Shown: one piece after another, positions 1-10,326 of the stretch
Layout of the letters: each line of letters opens with the position of its first letter
How positions within the stretch are numbered: position 1 is the stretch's first letter
Assembly: GCF_964204645.1 (NCBI RefSeq)
Contig: NC_134036.1
Span: forward strand, 9,217,859-9,281,858
Reading direction: 5' to 3'
DNA length: 64,000 nt
Origin: Tubulanus polymorphus
Taxonomy: Eukaryota > Animalia > Nemertea
Made by a program: the position numbers and the translations under genes
The notes under the pieces: model-generated
What the model was told of the DNA's origin: nothing
The model's database searches: none
Seen by the model: only the letters and a program-made list of their open reading frames with translations

Positions 1-2261
1 GAAGAATTTGAGTTTGCAGATAAATGTTATTATTGTGAAAAGATATTTAATTATAAAGATAAAAAAGTAAGAGACCATGATCATTTGAATGGAAAGTTTA
101 GAGGCGCTGCACATGAGAATTGCAATTTACAAGCCAAAAAAGTAAATTTTGTCCCCATTATATTTCACAATTTATCGGGGTATGACGCGCATTTATTCAT
201 TAAGCAACTGTGTCATAAAATAGAAGAAATCAATAATGAAATAGAAAGATTAAATTCAAATAGATTAAAAGATGACAAAGTATCAACTTATAAATTTAAA
301 ATACTAGCTAAAACATCCGAGAATTATATATCTTTCCAATTTGGGTGTTTAAGATTTATAGATTCATATAGATTTTTAAATAGTTCATTAGATAACTTAT
401 CTAAATCATTAGTTGATGATGAATTAAAGATATTAAAAGAATATTACCCAAATAATGATGATTTTAAATTAATGAGATATAAAGGAGCGATTCCATATTC
501 TTTCTATAAAAATCATAATGATTTTAAAATAACTGAATTATTGAAAGAACAATTCTATGATGAATTAAAAAATGAATATGTTAAAGATGAAGTTTATAAT
601 AGAACATTGAATATTTGGAATCATTTCAAAATAGAAAATCATGGTCAATTAGTAGATTTATATTTAAAATCAGATGTATTATTATTAACCGATATATTCG
701 AAAGGTTTAGAGATGTAAACTTAAAATATTTCAATATTGATCCTTGTCATTGTTATTCATCACCAGGATTAACATGGGATTGTGGATTAAAATTTACAGA
801 TATAAAAATGGATTTGTTAACAAATATAGATCAATTACTATTATTTGAAAAATCTATAAGAGGAGGTGTTTCAGGTGTATTGGGTGATAGATATTTCAAT
901 GTAAATGATAATCCTGGATATAAATTATTATACATAGATGCAAATAATCTTTATGGTTGGGCAATGATGGAACCACAACCTTATGGGATGTTTGAAATAA
1001 CTGAAGTTTTACAAATTGATAAATTTGATTGGAAGAAAAGAATCCTAGATATTGCAGATGATTCAGATATTGGTTACTTCTTTGTTGTAGATTTAGAATA
1101 TCCTGAAAATATTAAATTCAAATCTAGAAATCTAGCATATTGTCCCGAACATAAAACTGTTAAACATGAAGAATTATCAAATTATCAAAAAAGAATTAAA
1201 CCTGAAAATCATATTCATACTGAAAAGTTAATGGTAACTCAAGAAGATAAATATAATTACGTTGTGCATTATAGAATGTTGAAGTTTTATTTGAATCAAG
1301 GAATAATATTAAAAAAGTACATAGATATATTTCATTCAATCAATCGAAGTGGTTAGAAAAATATATAGATTTTAACACCAAACAGAGAACTGAAGCAAAA
1401 ACTGATTTTGAAAAAGATTTTTTTAAGTTAATGAACAATGCGTTCTATGGTAAGACTTGTGAAAATATTAGAAATCGAAATGATATTGAGTTAGTTAGTA
1501 ATGGTAAAAGGATAAGGCATTTACAATCATATCCTAAGTTTTTAGGTAACAGAATATTTGATGAAAATTTAGCAGCAGTTAAAATGAGAAGAACAAGTAT
1601 GAAATTCAATAAACCAATCTATGTTGGTGCATCAGTTTTAGAATTATCAAAATTACTAATGTATGAATTCTATTATAATATATTACAACCACTTTTTGGA
1701 GAAAAACACATAGAAATATTATATTTTGATACAGATTCTTACATATTAAAGATAAAAACTGATAACATAACAGATGATTTAAAAATATTAAAACACCATT
1801 TTGATTTTAGTAACTATCCTAAAGATCATGAATTGTTTAGCAATGATAATAAAAAAGTTCCTGGGAAGTTTAAGGATGAATTAGGTGGTGAAGAAATGAT
1901 AGAGTTCATTGGTATTAGATCTAAAATGTATTCATATAAAACTAAAGAACATGAAGCTAAAAAGTTAAAAGGAATAACGAAAAATGTAGTAGAAAAGAAT
2001 ATTCATTTCAAAGATTACATCAATTGTATATTCAAAGAAGAAGTTAGAAAACATAAAATGAAATGTTTAAGATCTGAAGATCATGAAATGTTTATTGAAG
2101 AAATTGAAAAGATAAGTCTAAACCCATTTGATGATAAAAGATATATTTTAGATGATGGAATCCACACAGTCGCATATGGTTGCAATTTAGATGAATATAT
2201 AAAATGCAAAAGAGAAGAAACAAAAGAAAATGAGATTATGAAAAGGATTCTAGCGTGTTAA
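1..2261 (+). CDS. polB: Protein-primed family B DNA polymerase (pPolB), C-terminal part; -1 frameshift in A-run 1311-1316 joins ORFs 85-1356 and 1431-2261
   Basis: Motifs: CxxC..VRDHDHLNGKFRGAAHENCNL (endonuclease VII-like insert), FHNLSGYDAH (ExoII), YLKSDVLLL (ExoIII), SIRGG, YIDANNLYGWAM (Pol A), KLMNNAFYGKT (Pol B), YFDTDS (Pol C); adding one A restores LKKVHRYISFNQSKWLEKYIDFNT. Confidence 0.95.
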
Positions 2262-2289
2262 TAAATTTCAATAAAAATTTGTATAATAA

Positions 2290-2631
2290 ATGGAGAGTAA
2301 ACAAGTACACAGTGAATTCTTAGATAGAATTAAAGATACCACAAATGTAAAATCTGTAGATTATAAATTCAAAAAGTTAACAGAATTAACAATTCACAAG
2401 AAATATTTAATTACAAATATTGTTACAGTTACTAACAAATATGGAGATAAATTAGTAATTCATTTAGAATATGAAGGATTAAAAGGAAATAAATATAAAT
2501 TCAGAACTTATTTACCAGATAGATTTCATAGATTATCAAGTGAAGATTTAGAAGAATTATGTTCTGGAGATTTCTATTTCGTATACAAAGGTAAGAATGA
2601 AAAAGGACACCATGAAATAGATTTCGAATAA
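2290..2631 (+). CDS. Small conserved Polinton protein (113 aa), possible OB-fold nucleic-acid-binding protein
   Basis: Intact ORF with TAAATG start; FKKLTEL..KY.I...TNKYG....YLPDRF pattern recalled from small Polinton/viral proteins; function is inference. Confidence 0.6.
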   Translation: MESKQVHSEFLDRIKDTTNVKSVDYKFKKLTELTIHKKYLITNIVTVTNKYGDKLVIHLEYEGLKGNKYKFRTYLPDRFHRLSSEDLEELCSGDFYFVYKGKNEKGHHEIDFE

Positions 2632-2648
2632 GAAAATATGTAAAATAA

Positions 2649-3407
2649 ATGGCGGAATTAAAAGAATACAGAATATTTGTAGATTCTAGAAGGCTTACAA
2701 ATTATAAATCTCATAATTTACTAGTACAATTAGATAGAGAATTTAAGAATTGTGTAGATTTAAAATTAGTAAATATAAGTTTATGTAATTCTTTTTACAA
2801 TATATCGAATAAAACTATTGAACATAATACTTTTTTAATTCATATTAGAAGTATAAATAAATGGTTTCATCTATTTCTAAGACCAGGATTATATAATTTA
2901 GAAACATTAGCTCAAGAAATTAATCGTAGAGCACGGTTGAAAATTAAAAGTGAAGATAAATTTTTAATTAAATTTAGTAAAAGTGATAGCTCAAATAGAA
3001 TTAAAATAAAAGTATTTGATGAAAGTCAACATGCATTTATGGTAAAAAAACCTATAGCTAAATTGCTAGGAATTGAACCAGATGTTGTTACAGTAAACGC
3101 AGAAGGCAGCTCAAATATAATACCTTTTACACACTTTTATATTTATTGCAATTTAATCGAGCCTACAAAAACTTTCGAAGCAACTAAAGAACCATTTTGT
3201 AATTTTAGTATACTAAATATTTTACCAATAAAAAATGTTAAACAATTTGGAACGCAAATAAATTATAATTTAACTGAATGTGATTTTAAACCTTGCATTC
3301 CTAAATTTAATAATTTTAAATTAGAAATAAGAAATCATAATGGTTATTTAATTGATTTGAATAACTTTCCTGTGATATATGAATTAGTTATAAGATGTAA
3401 AGAGTAA
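2649..3407 (+). CDS. Minor capsid (penton-like, single jelly-roll) protein
   Basis: 252 aa with FYNI, PGLY..L..IN, FYIYCNLIE, IL.ILPI, I.NHNG.LIDLN pattern typical of Polinton mCP. Confidence 0.8.
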   Translation: MAELKEYRIFVDSRRLTNYKSHNLLVQLDREFKNCVDLKLVNISLCNSFYNISNKTIEHNTFLIHIRSINKWFHLFLRPGLYNLETLAQEINRRARLKIKSEDKFLIKFSKSDSSNRIKIKVFDESQHAFMVKKPIAKLLGIEPDVVTVNAEGSSNIIPFTHFYIYCNLIEPTKTFEATKEPFCNFSILNILPIKNVKQFGTQINYNLTECDFKPCIPKFNNFKLEIRNHNGYLIDLNNFPVIYELVIRCKE

Positions 3408-3423
3408 TTTTTTTATTATATAA

Positions 3424-3783
3424 ATGAATATAACTGTTGGACCGAGTATATGTTTTGGGTTTGATTTTAAACGTGAGAAAGAAATGAAATTTAACATTAA
3501 TGATGTAATAACACATATCAAAAATGTTGTATTTTCTAATGAAACAACATTTGAGTATGAAACAACAATTGATAAAGAAACTTTAAATGTAGAAAAGATT
3601 ACTAATTTAATTAGAGAATCTTTAAGATTTTATGAATTAGATGAAGATTTTATCATCGATGATATTTAAAAAATAATAATTGAAATATATGATAATCATA
3701 AAACTAGTAATGAAATAAATGTTGAATTAATCATAAATAAGTTAACTAAATATTTTGATGATAGTAATTTTTTTGATAAATAA
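3424..3783 (+). pseudogene. Hypothetical protein with probable premature stop at 3667-3669
   Basis: Frame stays open after TAA (KIIIEIYDNHKTSNEINVELIINKLTKYFDDSNFFDK) to TAA 3781-3783, which abuts the next ATG. Confidence 0.5.
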
Positions 3784-4006
3784 ATGAGTGATAATAAGTG
3801 GATAATAACTGGATTATATAATGGCGCATTATTATCAGTTGGAACTGTTGGTTATTCAATGGTATTAAAAAAAAGTATTCAAAATGGGAAGTGTTAATGT
3901 TGATAGATTTGATATAAATGATATTTTAAAATTAACATTAGCAGTTACTTTATCTAATTTAACTATTGATTACTTGGAAAAACAAAAATATATTCCTCCC
4001 ATATAA
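3784..4006 (+). pseudogene. Small hydrophobic conserved Polinton protein, +1 frameshift in A8 run 3867-3874 (not in ORF track)
   Basis: MSDNKWIITGLYNGALLSVGTVGYSMVLKK/VFKMGSVNVDRFDINDILKLTLAVTLSNLTIDYLEKQKYIPP; TAAATG start. Confidence 0.65.
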
Positions 4007-4031
4007 ATGTATAATTTTTGTTGCTAAATAA

Positions 4032-4454
4032 ATGGCTTCTGCAATTATAACTATTATAGGATCAGCAATTGTTAACGCTTTAGCATTTACTGGTGGTGGA
4101 TATTTATTTAAACATATTGATAAAAATGGATCATTAACAGAACAAAAAAGACATAATTTAGCGTTAGAGAAATATAATAAAGATGCAGAAGAATATAGAG
4201 AAAAGAGACAAAACTATATGGATTATATTAACAAAGAATTATATGATCAGAAGATTTCACACAGAGATTTTCAATCAGTTGATGATGCAATGAGTTTATA
4301 TAACGCAGTAACCAATAAAGAAAAATTACATCTATACAAACCTAAATTATCAGATTATTATACCCCAAGTAAAGAACAACAGAAATATGAAATAATATGG
4401 ATTTTAGGTGGAACTGTTATTGTTATATTTGTTGCTTATAAGTTTACTAATTAG
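4032..4454 (+). CDS. Conserved Polinton protein with N-terminal Gly/Ala hydrophobic helix and C-terminal TM
   Basis: MASAIITIIGSAIVNALAFTGGGYLF..E.KRHNLALEKY pattern recalled from invertebrate Polintons; C-terminal IIWILGGTVIVIFVAY. Confidence 0.75.
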   Translation: MASAIITIIGSAIVNALAFTGGGYLFKHIDKNGSLTEQKRHNLALEKYNKDAEEYREKRQNYMDYINKELYDQKISHRDFQSVDDAMSLYNAVTNKEKLHLYKPKLSDYYTPSKEQQKYEIIWILGGTVIVIFVAYKFTN

Positions 4455-4473
4455 TAATTTTTATTCTAAATAA

Positions 4474-4884
4474 ATGGAAGATAAAGTTGATAGTATTGAT
4501 ATTATTCCTCATGATATAAATAAAACTAAATTAAAAACATATTTAGAAAAACAAATATTAGAATTTGAAAGTGACTTAAAGATAAAAAAGAAAAAATATT
4601 TAAAAAGTAAAATTATATATTATTTGATTATAAGTGGTTCGGTTACAATTAGTTCTGTAATAACATTTCTAGCAATATTTAGTCCATTAACACCTTTAGC
4701 TATATCAATTGGTGTATTAGGATTAAGTTCAAGTGTTTTAACTGGTATAAGTTCAAAATTAAATATAAAAAGTAATAAAGAAAAAATTAAAACTAATATA
4801 AAAGAAATTAATAAATTGAAGAACACACTAGATTATATAATAAGTTTAAATGGTCATATAACAGTTGAAGAACAAGATAAATGA
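4474..4884 (+). CDS. Two-TM membrane protein (SLATT-like topology)
   Basis: Basic stretch followed by two hydrophobic helices and a short coiled coil; possible premature TGA with frame open to 4908. Confidence 0.65.
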   Translation: MEDKVDSIDIIPHDINKTKLKTYLEKQILEFESDLKIKKKKYLKSKIIYYLIISGSVTISSVITFLAIFSPLTPLAISIGVLGLSSSVLTGISSKLNIKSNKEKIKTNIKEINKLKNTLDYIISLNGHITVEEQDK

Positions 4885-4924
4885 TTAAAAGAATTAATAA
4901 ATTATTAATTTTTTAGTTATATAA

Positions 4925-6226
4925 ATGGGGTTTCCAAAAGCTTTCCAATATAATAAATCAATTAAATATAATATTCCGGCAATAGATTTTAAGAAAAATA
5001 TTACATATAAAAATATAGTTTTAAATTCATTAACTAATTTAGAAATTTATGTTAATGAATCACAGTTTTTTATTTCTAAAATGGAAAATATATTTAATAC
5101 ATATGAAGTTACTTTTACTCGAGATGAATATCATATATATAAAGTAAAATCTAATATGAAGTATTGGCAGAATCAATTAAATTTTGCTGTTTATTGTGCA
5201 ACAACAGGATGTGGAATAAGTTGGAATGATCATTTAAATAACTTAGATAAAAATTTGAAGTATTCTGATTTAAAATTAATTCACACAATATTTAGATTTC
5301 ACACATATTTTCAAATCAGAATAATATTAAATGAATTAGAATGTCCTTTACCCGGGTCTAAATATTTTAAAGAATTGGATAATAATATTAATATATCCAA
5401 GTTTTATAAAATATGTAATGAATTTAATATAAATATTAATTCCGATTTTAGAGCGCATGGTAAATTACAAGGTGTTGGTGAAGAGTTTGAAATAAAAAGA
5501 ATTGATTATATGCATAGAATTTCAGCTTGTCATAATTATAAAATTGATAATAATAATGGTTGGGTTAATTTCATTTTAGAAAATGGTGAAGGTTTTACAA
5601 AATCAGGTATACAAAGAATAAATCAATCTATTAGAATTTATTTGATATGTATTTTAGGTGCGCAAGTTGAAACAAGATCCCCAATAATTGGAAATGATAA
5701 CACTTCATTCGATGCGCAGAAACAGTTTAAAGTTTTATTTGAAGATTCCATACATGATGATAAAAATAGATCGATTCCAGAAAACATTATAAGATATCAA
5801 AATTATTTAGATAAATCTCATGTAAGACTAAATTATTGTATAGGCCCTAATCTATTAATTATTTCTAATGATTTAGTATTGAAGATGGGAAATATAATTG
5901 GTTATAATAATCTAATTAAAACTGCAACAATAAATAATTCATTTGGGTTAAATGATATAAATAAAAAGATTATTACTGCTCCAAAATTAATGGAAGGTGA
6001 AAAAAATAAAAAACACATTCAATCAACAGAAACTAAAACTAAGAATATTAAATTGGTTAATGATTCCAAAATAAAAGATTACAATACATCAGAAAATAAT
6101 AGAACTGATATTATTCAACATGATATAATTAAAACTAATGATGATAATAAATCCCATGAAAATACTAAATTAGCTATAACTTGTATAGGAATTGTAATCG
6201 GAGGAATATTATATTTTAAATTTTAA
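4925..6226 (+). CDS. Conserved hypothetical Polinton protein (433 aa) with C-terminal TM anchor
   Basis: Intact long ORF; WQNQLNFAVYCATTGCGIS and FRFHTYFQIR..L.EL..PLP motifs; C-terminal hydrophobic tail. Confidence 0.75.
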   Translation: MGFPKAFQYNKSIKYNIPAIDFKKNITYKNIVLNSLTNLEIYVNESQFFISKMENIFNTYEVTFTRDEYHIYKVKSNMKYWQNQLNFAVYCATTGCGISWNDHLNNLDKNLKYSDLKLIHTIFRFHTYFQIRIILNELECPLPGSKYFKELDNNINISKFYKICNEFNININSDFRAHGKLQGVGEEFEIKRIDYMHRISACHNYKIDNNNGWVNFILENGEGFTKSGIQRINQSIRIYLICILGAQVETRSPIIGNDNTSFDAQKQFKVLFEDSIHDDKNRSIPENIIRYQNYLDKSHVRLNYCIGPNLLIISNDLVLKMGNIIGYNNLIKTATINNSFGLNDINKKIITAPKLMEGEKNKKHIQSTETKTKNIKLVNDSKIKDYNTSENNRTDIIQHDIIKTNDDNKSHENTKLAITCIGIVIGGILYFKF

Positions 6227-6241
6227 TTTTTTATTATGTAA

Positions 6242-7933
6242 ATGGATGTAGAAGGTGGAGAAGATTATGAAATGGGAGAAATGGGAAATGATAATGAAGG
6301 ATATATTGATGATGATTATAATGATGCAGAAACTAATATTGATAATAATGATGAATCAGCATATAATACTAATTTAGGTGAAGAAGATGATTATGATGAT
6401 GATTATGATGATGATCCCGAATTACGTGAAAAATTAAATAAATATTTAGAAGCTCCTGAAAGGGGTAGAATTTCAACTAGAAGAGAAAGAAAAGAATTTA
6501 TGAAACTATTAGTAGAACAACAAGAAAAATATCCTGATAAACCTATGGAATTATATAGAATGAAATCTAGAGTAACAGATACAATTGTTAACGAATTATT
6601 ACCAAAAGTTGTAATAGATGAAATTGATACTGAAGATGTTGTAGAACAAATTTTTAAAGATGACCCATATTTCACAAATAATTTAGAATTTAAAAATGAT
6701 TCATGGTATTATAATGTTAATTTAAATAACAAAATTGTATCAATTCAATTATCTAAAATGGGTCAAGAAAATATTTATGAACCTGGAATGCGAGCATTAT
6801 CTACAATTGAAAGTTCAAAAGGTGGTAGAGAATTTCTCAGAATTATATGGAATGCACTCGATAGAGTAAATGAAGAAGAACCAATTCCTAATATTGATAT
6901 AAACAAATATTCACCATTTAAAAATCCAAATCCTACTGATTTTGATCCAGAAATGGAAGAGAATAGAAATCAATTAGATAAATTAAGATCTTCAACACCC
7001 GAAACATCGAGAAGAGACACTCAACAAATTGATAATGATTCAAGTCAATTACAATTAACATTAGAAAAACAAATTAATAGATTAAGTGATTCAGAAGAAG
7101 AAATGAATAGTACTGGAATAAATCAACTGCAATATTTACTAGAAAAAGGATTATTTGATTTAACTGATGATGAATTAGAAGCATTTCCTGAACAAGCACG
7201 TAGAGAAATTAAAGGTATGCAAGAATCAGCTGATAAAATTGCGCATGATAAAAGTATAAGAGATTTTAAAATTAGAACTTTAGAAAAAGAATTAACTGAT
7301 AAAAATAAAGAAATAGAACGATTAAAGTCTGATTTAGATCATCAAGTAATTGATGAAATAGAATATAGGCAAAAAGAATTACGTTTAGAAAAAGAAATAG
7401 ATGATTTAAAATATAACAAAGAATTACAGGAAAAAGAAAGAGATACATTATTAAAATTATATGATAATAATATTAATAGATTAAAAGTTATTTTTAAAGA
7501 TTTGTTGATTAAACCAGATTCTGAAATATCATTAAAAGACAGAATAAAGTTATTATTTAAATTAGAAGGTATAACAATTCTTTCAATTCTAACAGCTGTA
7601 ACTATGTTATTTACAACAATTGGTTTAGCTATATCAAATGCTTTAAAATCTACTCCTACTCCAAATAAACCGGATAAACCTCCAGGTAATAATTCTATAC
7701 AAGATAAAGTTAAAGATGGTTTAAAGAAATTAGCAAAATATTTATGGGAACTATCAAAGAAATCTGCTGCAGCATTGCCAGGAGTTATTGCTTCAATTGT
7801 TGGTTTTGTTTTAAAATCTGCAGGAAACATTATTAACTTTGCTGCTGAACATATTATTTTATTTTTAATTACAGTTGTAAGTGCTATTATTTTTGGGTTA
7901 GTAAATATGATATCAAAAAATATCAAAAAATAA
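6242..7933 (+). CDS. Acidic/coiled-coil protein with C-terminal hydrophobic helical bundle (candidate membrane-penetration protein)
   Basis: 563 aa; acidic N-terminus, coiled coil, then EGITILSILTAVTMLFTTIGLAI and AALPGVIASIVGFVL...IILFLITVVSAII; function inferred. Confidence 0.7.
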   Translation: MDVEGGEDYEMGEMGNDNEGYIDDDYNDAETNIDNNDESAYNTNLGEEDDYDDDYDDDPELREKLNKYLEAPERGRISTRRERKEFMKLLVEQQEKYPDKPMELYRMKSRVTDTIVNELLPKVVIDEIDTEDVVEQIFKDDPYFTNNLEFKNDSWYYNVNLNNKIVSIQLSKMGQENIYEPGMRALSTIESSKGGREFLRIIWNALDRVNEEEPIPNIDINKYSPFKNPNPTDFDPEMEENRNQLDKLRSSTPETSRRDTQQIDNDSSQLQLTLEKQINRLSDSEEEMNSTGINQLQYLLEKGLFDLTDDELEAFPEQARREIKGMQESADKIAHDKSIRDFKIRTLEKELTDKNKEIERLKSDLDHQVIDEIEYRQKELRLEKEIDDLKYNKELQEKERDTLLKLYDNNINRLKVIFKDLLIKPDSEISLKDRIKLLFKLEGITILSILTAVTMLFTTIGLAISNALKSTPTPNKPDKPPGNNSIQDKVKDGLKKLAKYLWELSKKSAAALPGVIASIVGFVLKSAGNIINFAAEHIILFLITVVSAIIFGLVNMISKNIKK

Positions 7934-7957
7934 ATAATTAATTTTTTTGTTAAATAA

Positions 7958-8710
7958 ATGAGTGGGAGTTATATAAGTCCTTCTAAGATTTCTAGAATAT
8001 CTAATGCTATTAAAGCAGAAAGATCACATCATATAATTACTCATAACGCTTCAAATATTAATCCCGATGAAACTTTATACGTTAGAATCCCTCGATTAAC
8101 ACAAAATACTTTTTATGTTCCAAATAGTATTTATTTATCAGCCGATATAAAAGTAATCGGTAATAATAATAATTATGTCGTTGATAATGTTGGAAGATAT
8201 TTGATTAAAAAGTTAACAATAAAGATTGGTCCAGAAACAGTTTTCTCATTAGATGATTATAATTTATTTATGCATTATAAAGATTTATGGTTAACTAAAG
8301 AAAATAGAAATAATATGATATTTCAAGGCATCCAATCAGAAAACCAAAATAAATTAAGATCAGAAGCTAATAGCGCAATATTAACAAATGATGTAGATAA
8401 ATTGATAAAAAGTATATATGGAAGCAAATATAAAATTCCATTAGACTTTGAATTGATAAATAATAATGCACCTTTAATGCATCAAATTGATTATTATACC
8501 GGTAATAAATATGCATTATGGTTAGATTTTAGAACAACTGAAGATAATTCATTACATGGTTCTGGAAAAAAACTACAAAATACAAAAGATGGAATACAAT
8601 TATTCATGACAAAGAAAAAAGGAATCAAAAATTTTAAAATGCACATTTATATTATATCTGACGCGCAATTAAATATTGTAAATTCTCAATTAAATAGTGT
8701 TATGTATTAA
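7958..8710 (+). CDS. Major capsid protein (double jelly-roll), apparently with an in-frame internal deletion near 8470
   Basis: N-terminal THNASNINPDETLYVRIPRL..VPNS..VDNVGR..YKDLW..IPLDFEL joined directly to C-terminal KYALWLDFRTTEDNSLHGSG..YIISDAQLNI; only 250 aa. Confidence 0.8.
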   Translation: MSGSYISPSKISRISNAIKAERSHHIITHNASNINPDETLYVRIPRLTQNTFYVPNSIYLSADIKVIGNNNNYVVDNVGRYLIKKLTIKIGPETVFSLDDYNLFMHYKDLWLTKENRNNMIFQGIQSENQNKLRSEANSAILTNDVDKLIKSIYGSKYKIPLDFELINNNAPLMHQIDYYTGNKYALWLDFRTTEDNSLHGSGKKLQNTKDGIQLFMTKKKGIKNFKMHIYIISDAQLNIVNSQLNSVMY

Positions 8711-8742
8711 AATTTTAACTTTAATAAAAATGTATATAATAA

Positions 8743-9906
8743 ATGGAAGGTGGAATATATGAAATACAATCTCCAAGTGAAATGATATCAGATATATATT
8801 ATATATTACCTTATGATGAATACAGTAAGTATTTTGGAGATTACTTTAATCAATTCAAATATAGAATAAGTAAAATAGATAAGAATATTGAAACAAAAAT
8901 AGAAGATAATATTGAAACTAAAATAGAAGATAAGAATGATATTGAATATAAAATAGAAGATAATATTGAATCTAAAATAGAAGATAGTAATAATATTGAA
9001 ACTAAAATAGAAGATGTAACAGCATCTACATCTTATAATATACCATCTACATATGATATTGAATCAAAAAAAGATTATAATCAAAAATATTGTGATGTAT
9101 GTAAGAAATATATATCATATAAAAATTGGGCATCACATAAGAAATCAAAGAAACATATAGAAAAAGAAAAGAATAATAATGATAATAATATATCAGTTAG
9201 TAATATAAAAGATAATGTTAACCCAATTAAAACTAATGATACCATAGATAATATAACAGATAATGTAATAAATAATATTAACCCAATTGAAACTAATGAT
9301 AATGATATAACAGATAATGAAATAATTGATGATTCTAAAAAACATTGTAACATTTGTAATTTAGATATTTCTAAAAGTAATTTTTCTAAACATAAAAAAT
9401 CTAAGTGGCACATAGAAAATGAAAAAGAATTAATATGTGATTATTGTAATAAAGAAATTGAACCTGTTGATAAAATTACTCATTATAAATCAAAATTACA
9501 TCTAATTAATGTTTATAAAAAAGTGGGTATGTTACCATTGTTAAATAACCCTTTAGAATATATAAAATATTTTGATTATAATATTAACCAATATGATATA
9601 TTCTATAATTTGTTATTACATAAATTTTTAGATTATGCAAACGATAATCTTGAACAAATGTATAAATTTTTATATTTGAGAAGAAAAGATTCAACTTATT
9701 TGATAATTAATTTTGGATATGATATTGATTTTTATTATTATGATTTTGATGAAAACTTTGAAAAAATAAAAGAAAAAATTAATATGCCTACTGATTATAG
9801 ATTAATGATGGATCGGCTAAACTCAATAAATATACCAAAGACTTATGGAGAATTTGATATAAACGAAGATGATTTTATAAATGTATTAGAAACAAAATTA
9901 GAATAA
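8743..9906 (+). CDS. Protein with three C2H2 (matrin/U1-like) zinc fingers and IETKIEDN repeats
   Basis: CDVC..HKKSKKH, CNIC..HKKSKWH, CDYC..HYKSKLH; ~5 IExKIED repeats at ~8885-9015. Confidence 0.75.
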   Translation: MEGGIYEIQSPSEMISDIYYILPYDEYSKYFGDYFNQFKYRISKIDKNIETKIEDNIETKIEDKNDIEYKIEDNIESKIEDSNNIETKIEDVTASTSYNIPSTYDIESKKDYNQKYCDVCKKYISYKNWASHKKSKKHIEKEKNNNDNNISVSNIKDNVNPIKTNDTIDNITDNVINNINPIETNDNDITDNEIIDDSKKHCNICNLDISKSNFSKHKKSKWHIENEKELICDYCNKEIEPVDKITHYKSKLHLINVYKKVGMLPLLNNPLEYIKYFDYNINQYDIFYNLLLHKFLDYANDNLEQMYKFLYLRRKDSTYLIINFGYDIDFYYYDFDENFEKIKEKINMPTDYRLMMDRLNSINIPKTYGEFDINEDDFINVLETKLE

Positions 9907-9910
9907 TTAT

Positions 9911-10308
9911 TATAAAACTATTTATATATCTATAAAACTATTTATATATCTATGTACTAGACGTATGAGTAAGAAAGTAAGAATCCAAGAATCCTTACCA
10001 AGAAATATAAATTATAAACATAGATTATAAACATAAATTATAAATATAAATTATAAATATAAATTATAAACATAAATTATAAATATAAATTATAAACATA
10101 AATTATAAATATAAATTATAAACATAAATTATAAACATAGTTTTAATATATGATTTATTCATTATTATATATTTCATTTAATAATTCATATTTCTATGGA
10201 CTAGACGTACGTAAGAATCCAAGATTCTTGCCAAGAAAGTAAAAAGGTAAGAATCTTACTTTCTTACTCATACGTCTAGTAGATAGATATATAAATTAGT
10301 TTCTATAA
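9911..10308. repeat. Intergenic repeat module: 28-bp perfect inverted repeat flanking 10 x 13-bp tandem array
   Basis: TACTAGACGTATGAGTAAGAAAGTAAGA 9955-9982 and its reverse complement 10254-10281; (ATAAATTATAAAY)10 at 10007-10136; 20-bp direct duplication 9911-9950. Confidence 0.9.
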
Positions 10309-10326
10309 TGATCCAAATTATAAATT

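Noticed and set aside
4620-9413. Minus-strand ORFs 4620-4826, 6403-6675, 7342-7926, 9081-9413
   Set aside because: Antisense shadows of real + strand genes; low-complexity I/L/S/F composition
10007-10136. Tandem arrays here and at 17630-17930, 25418-25610, 33001-33245 as CRISPR-like arrays
   Set aside because: Units are head-to-tail with no unique spacers, no cas genes, eukaryotic context
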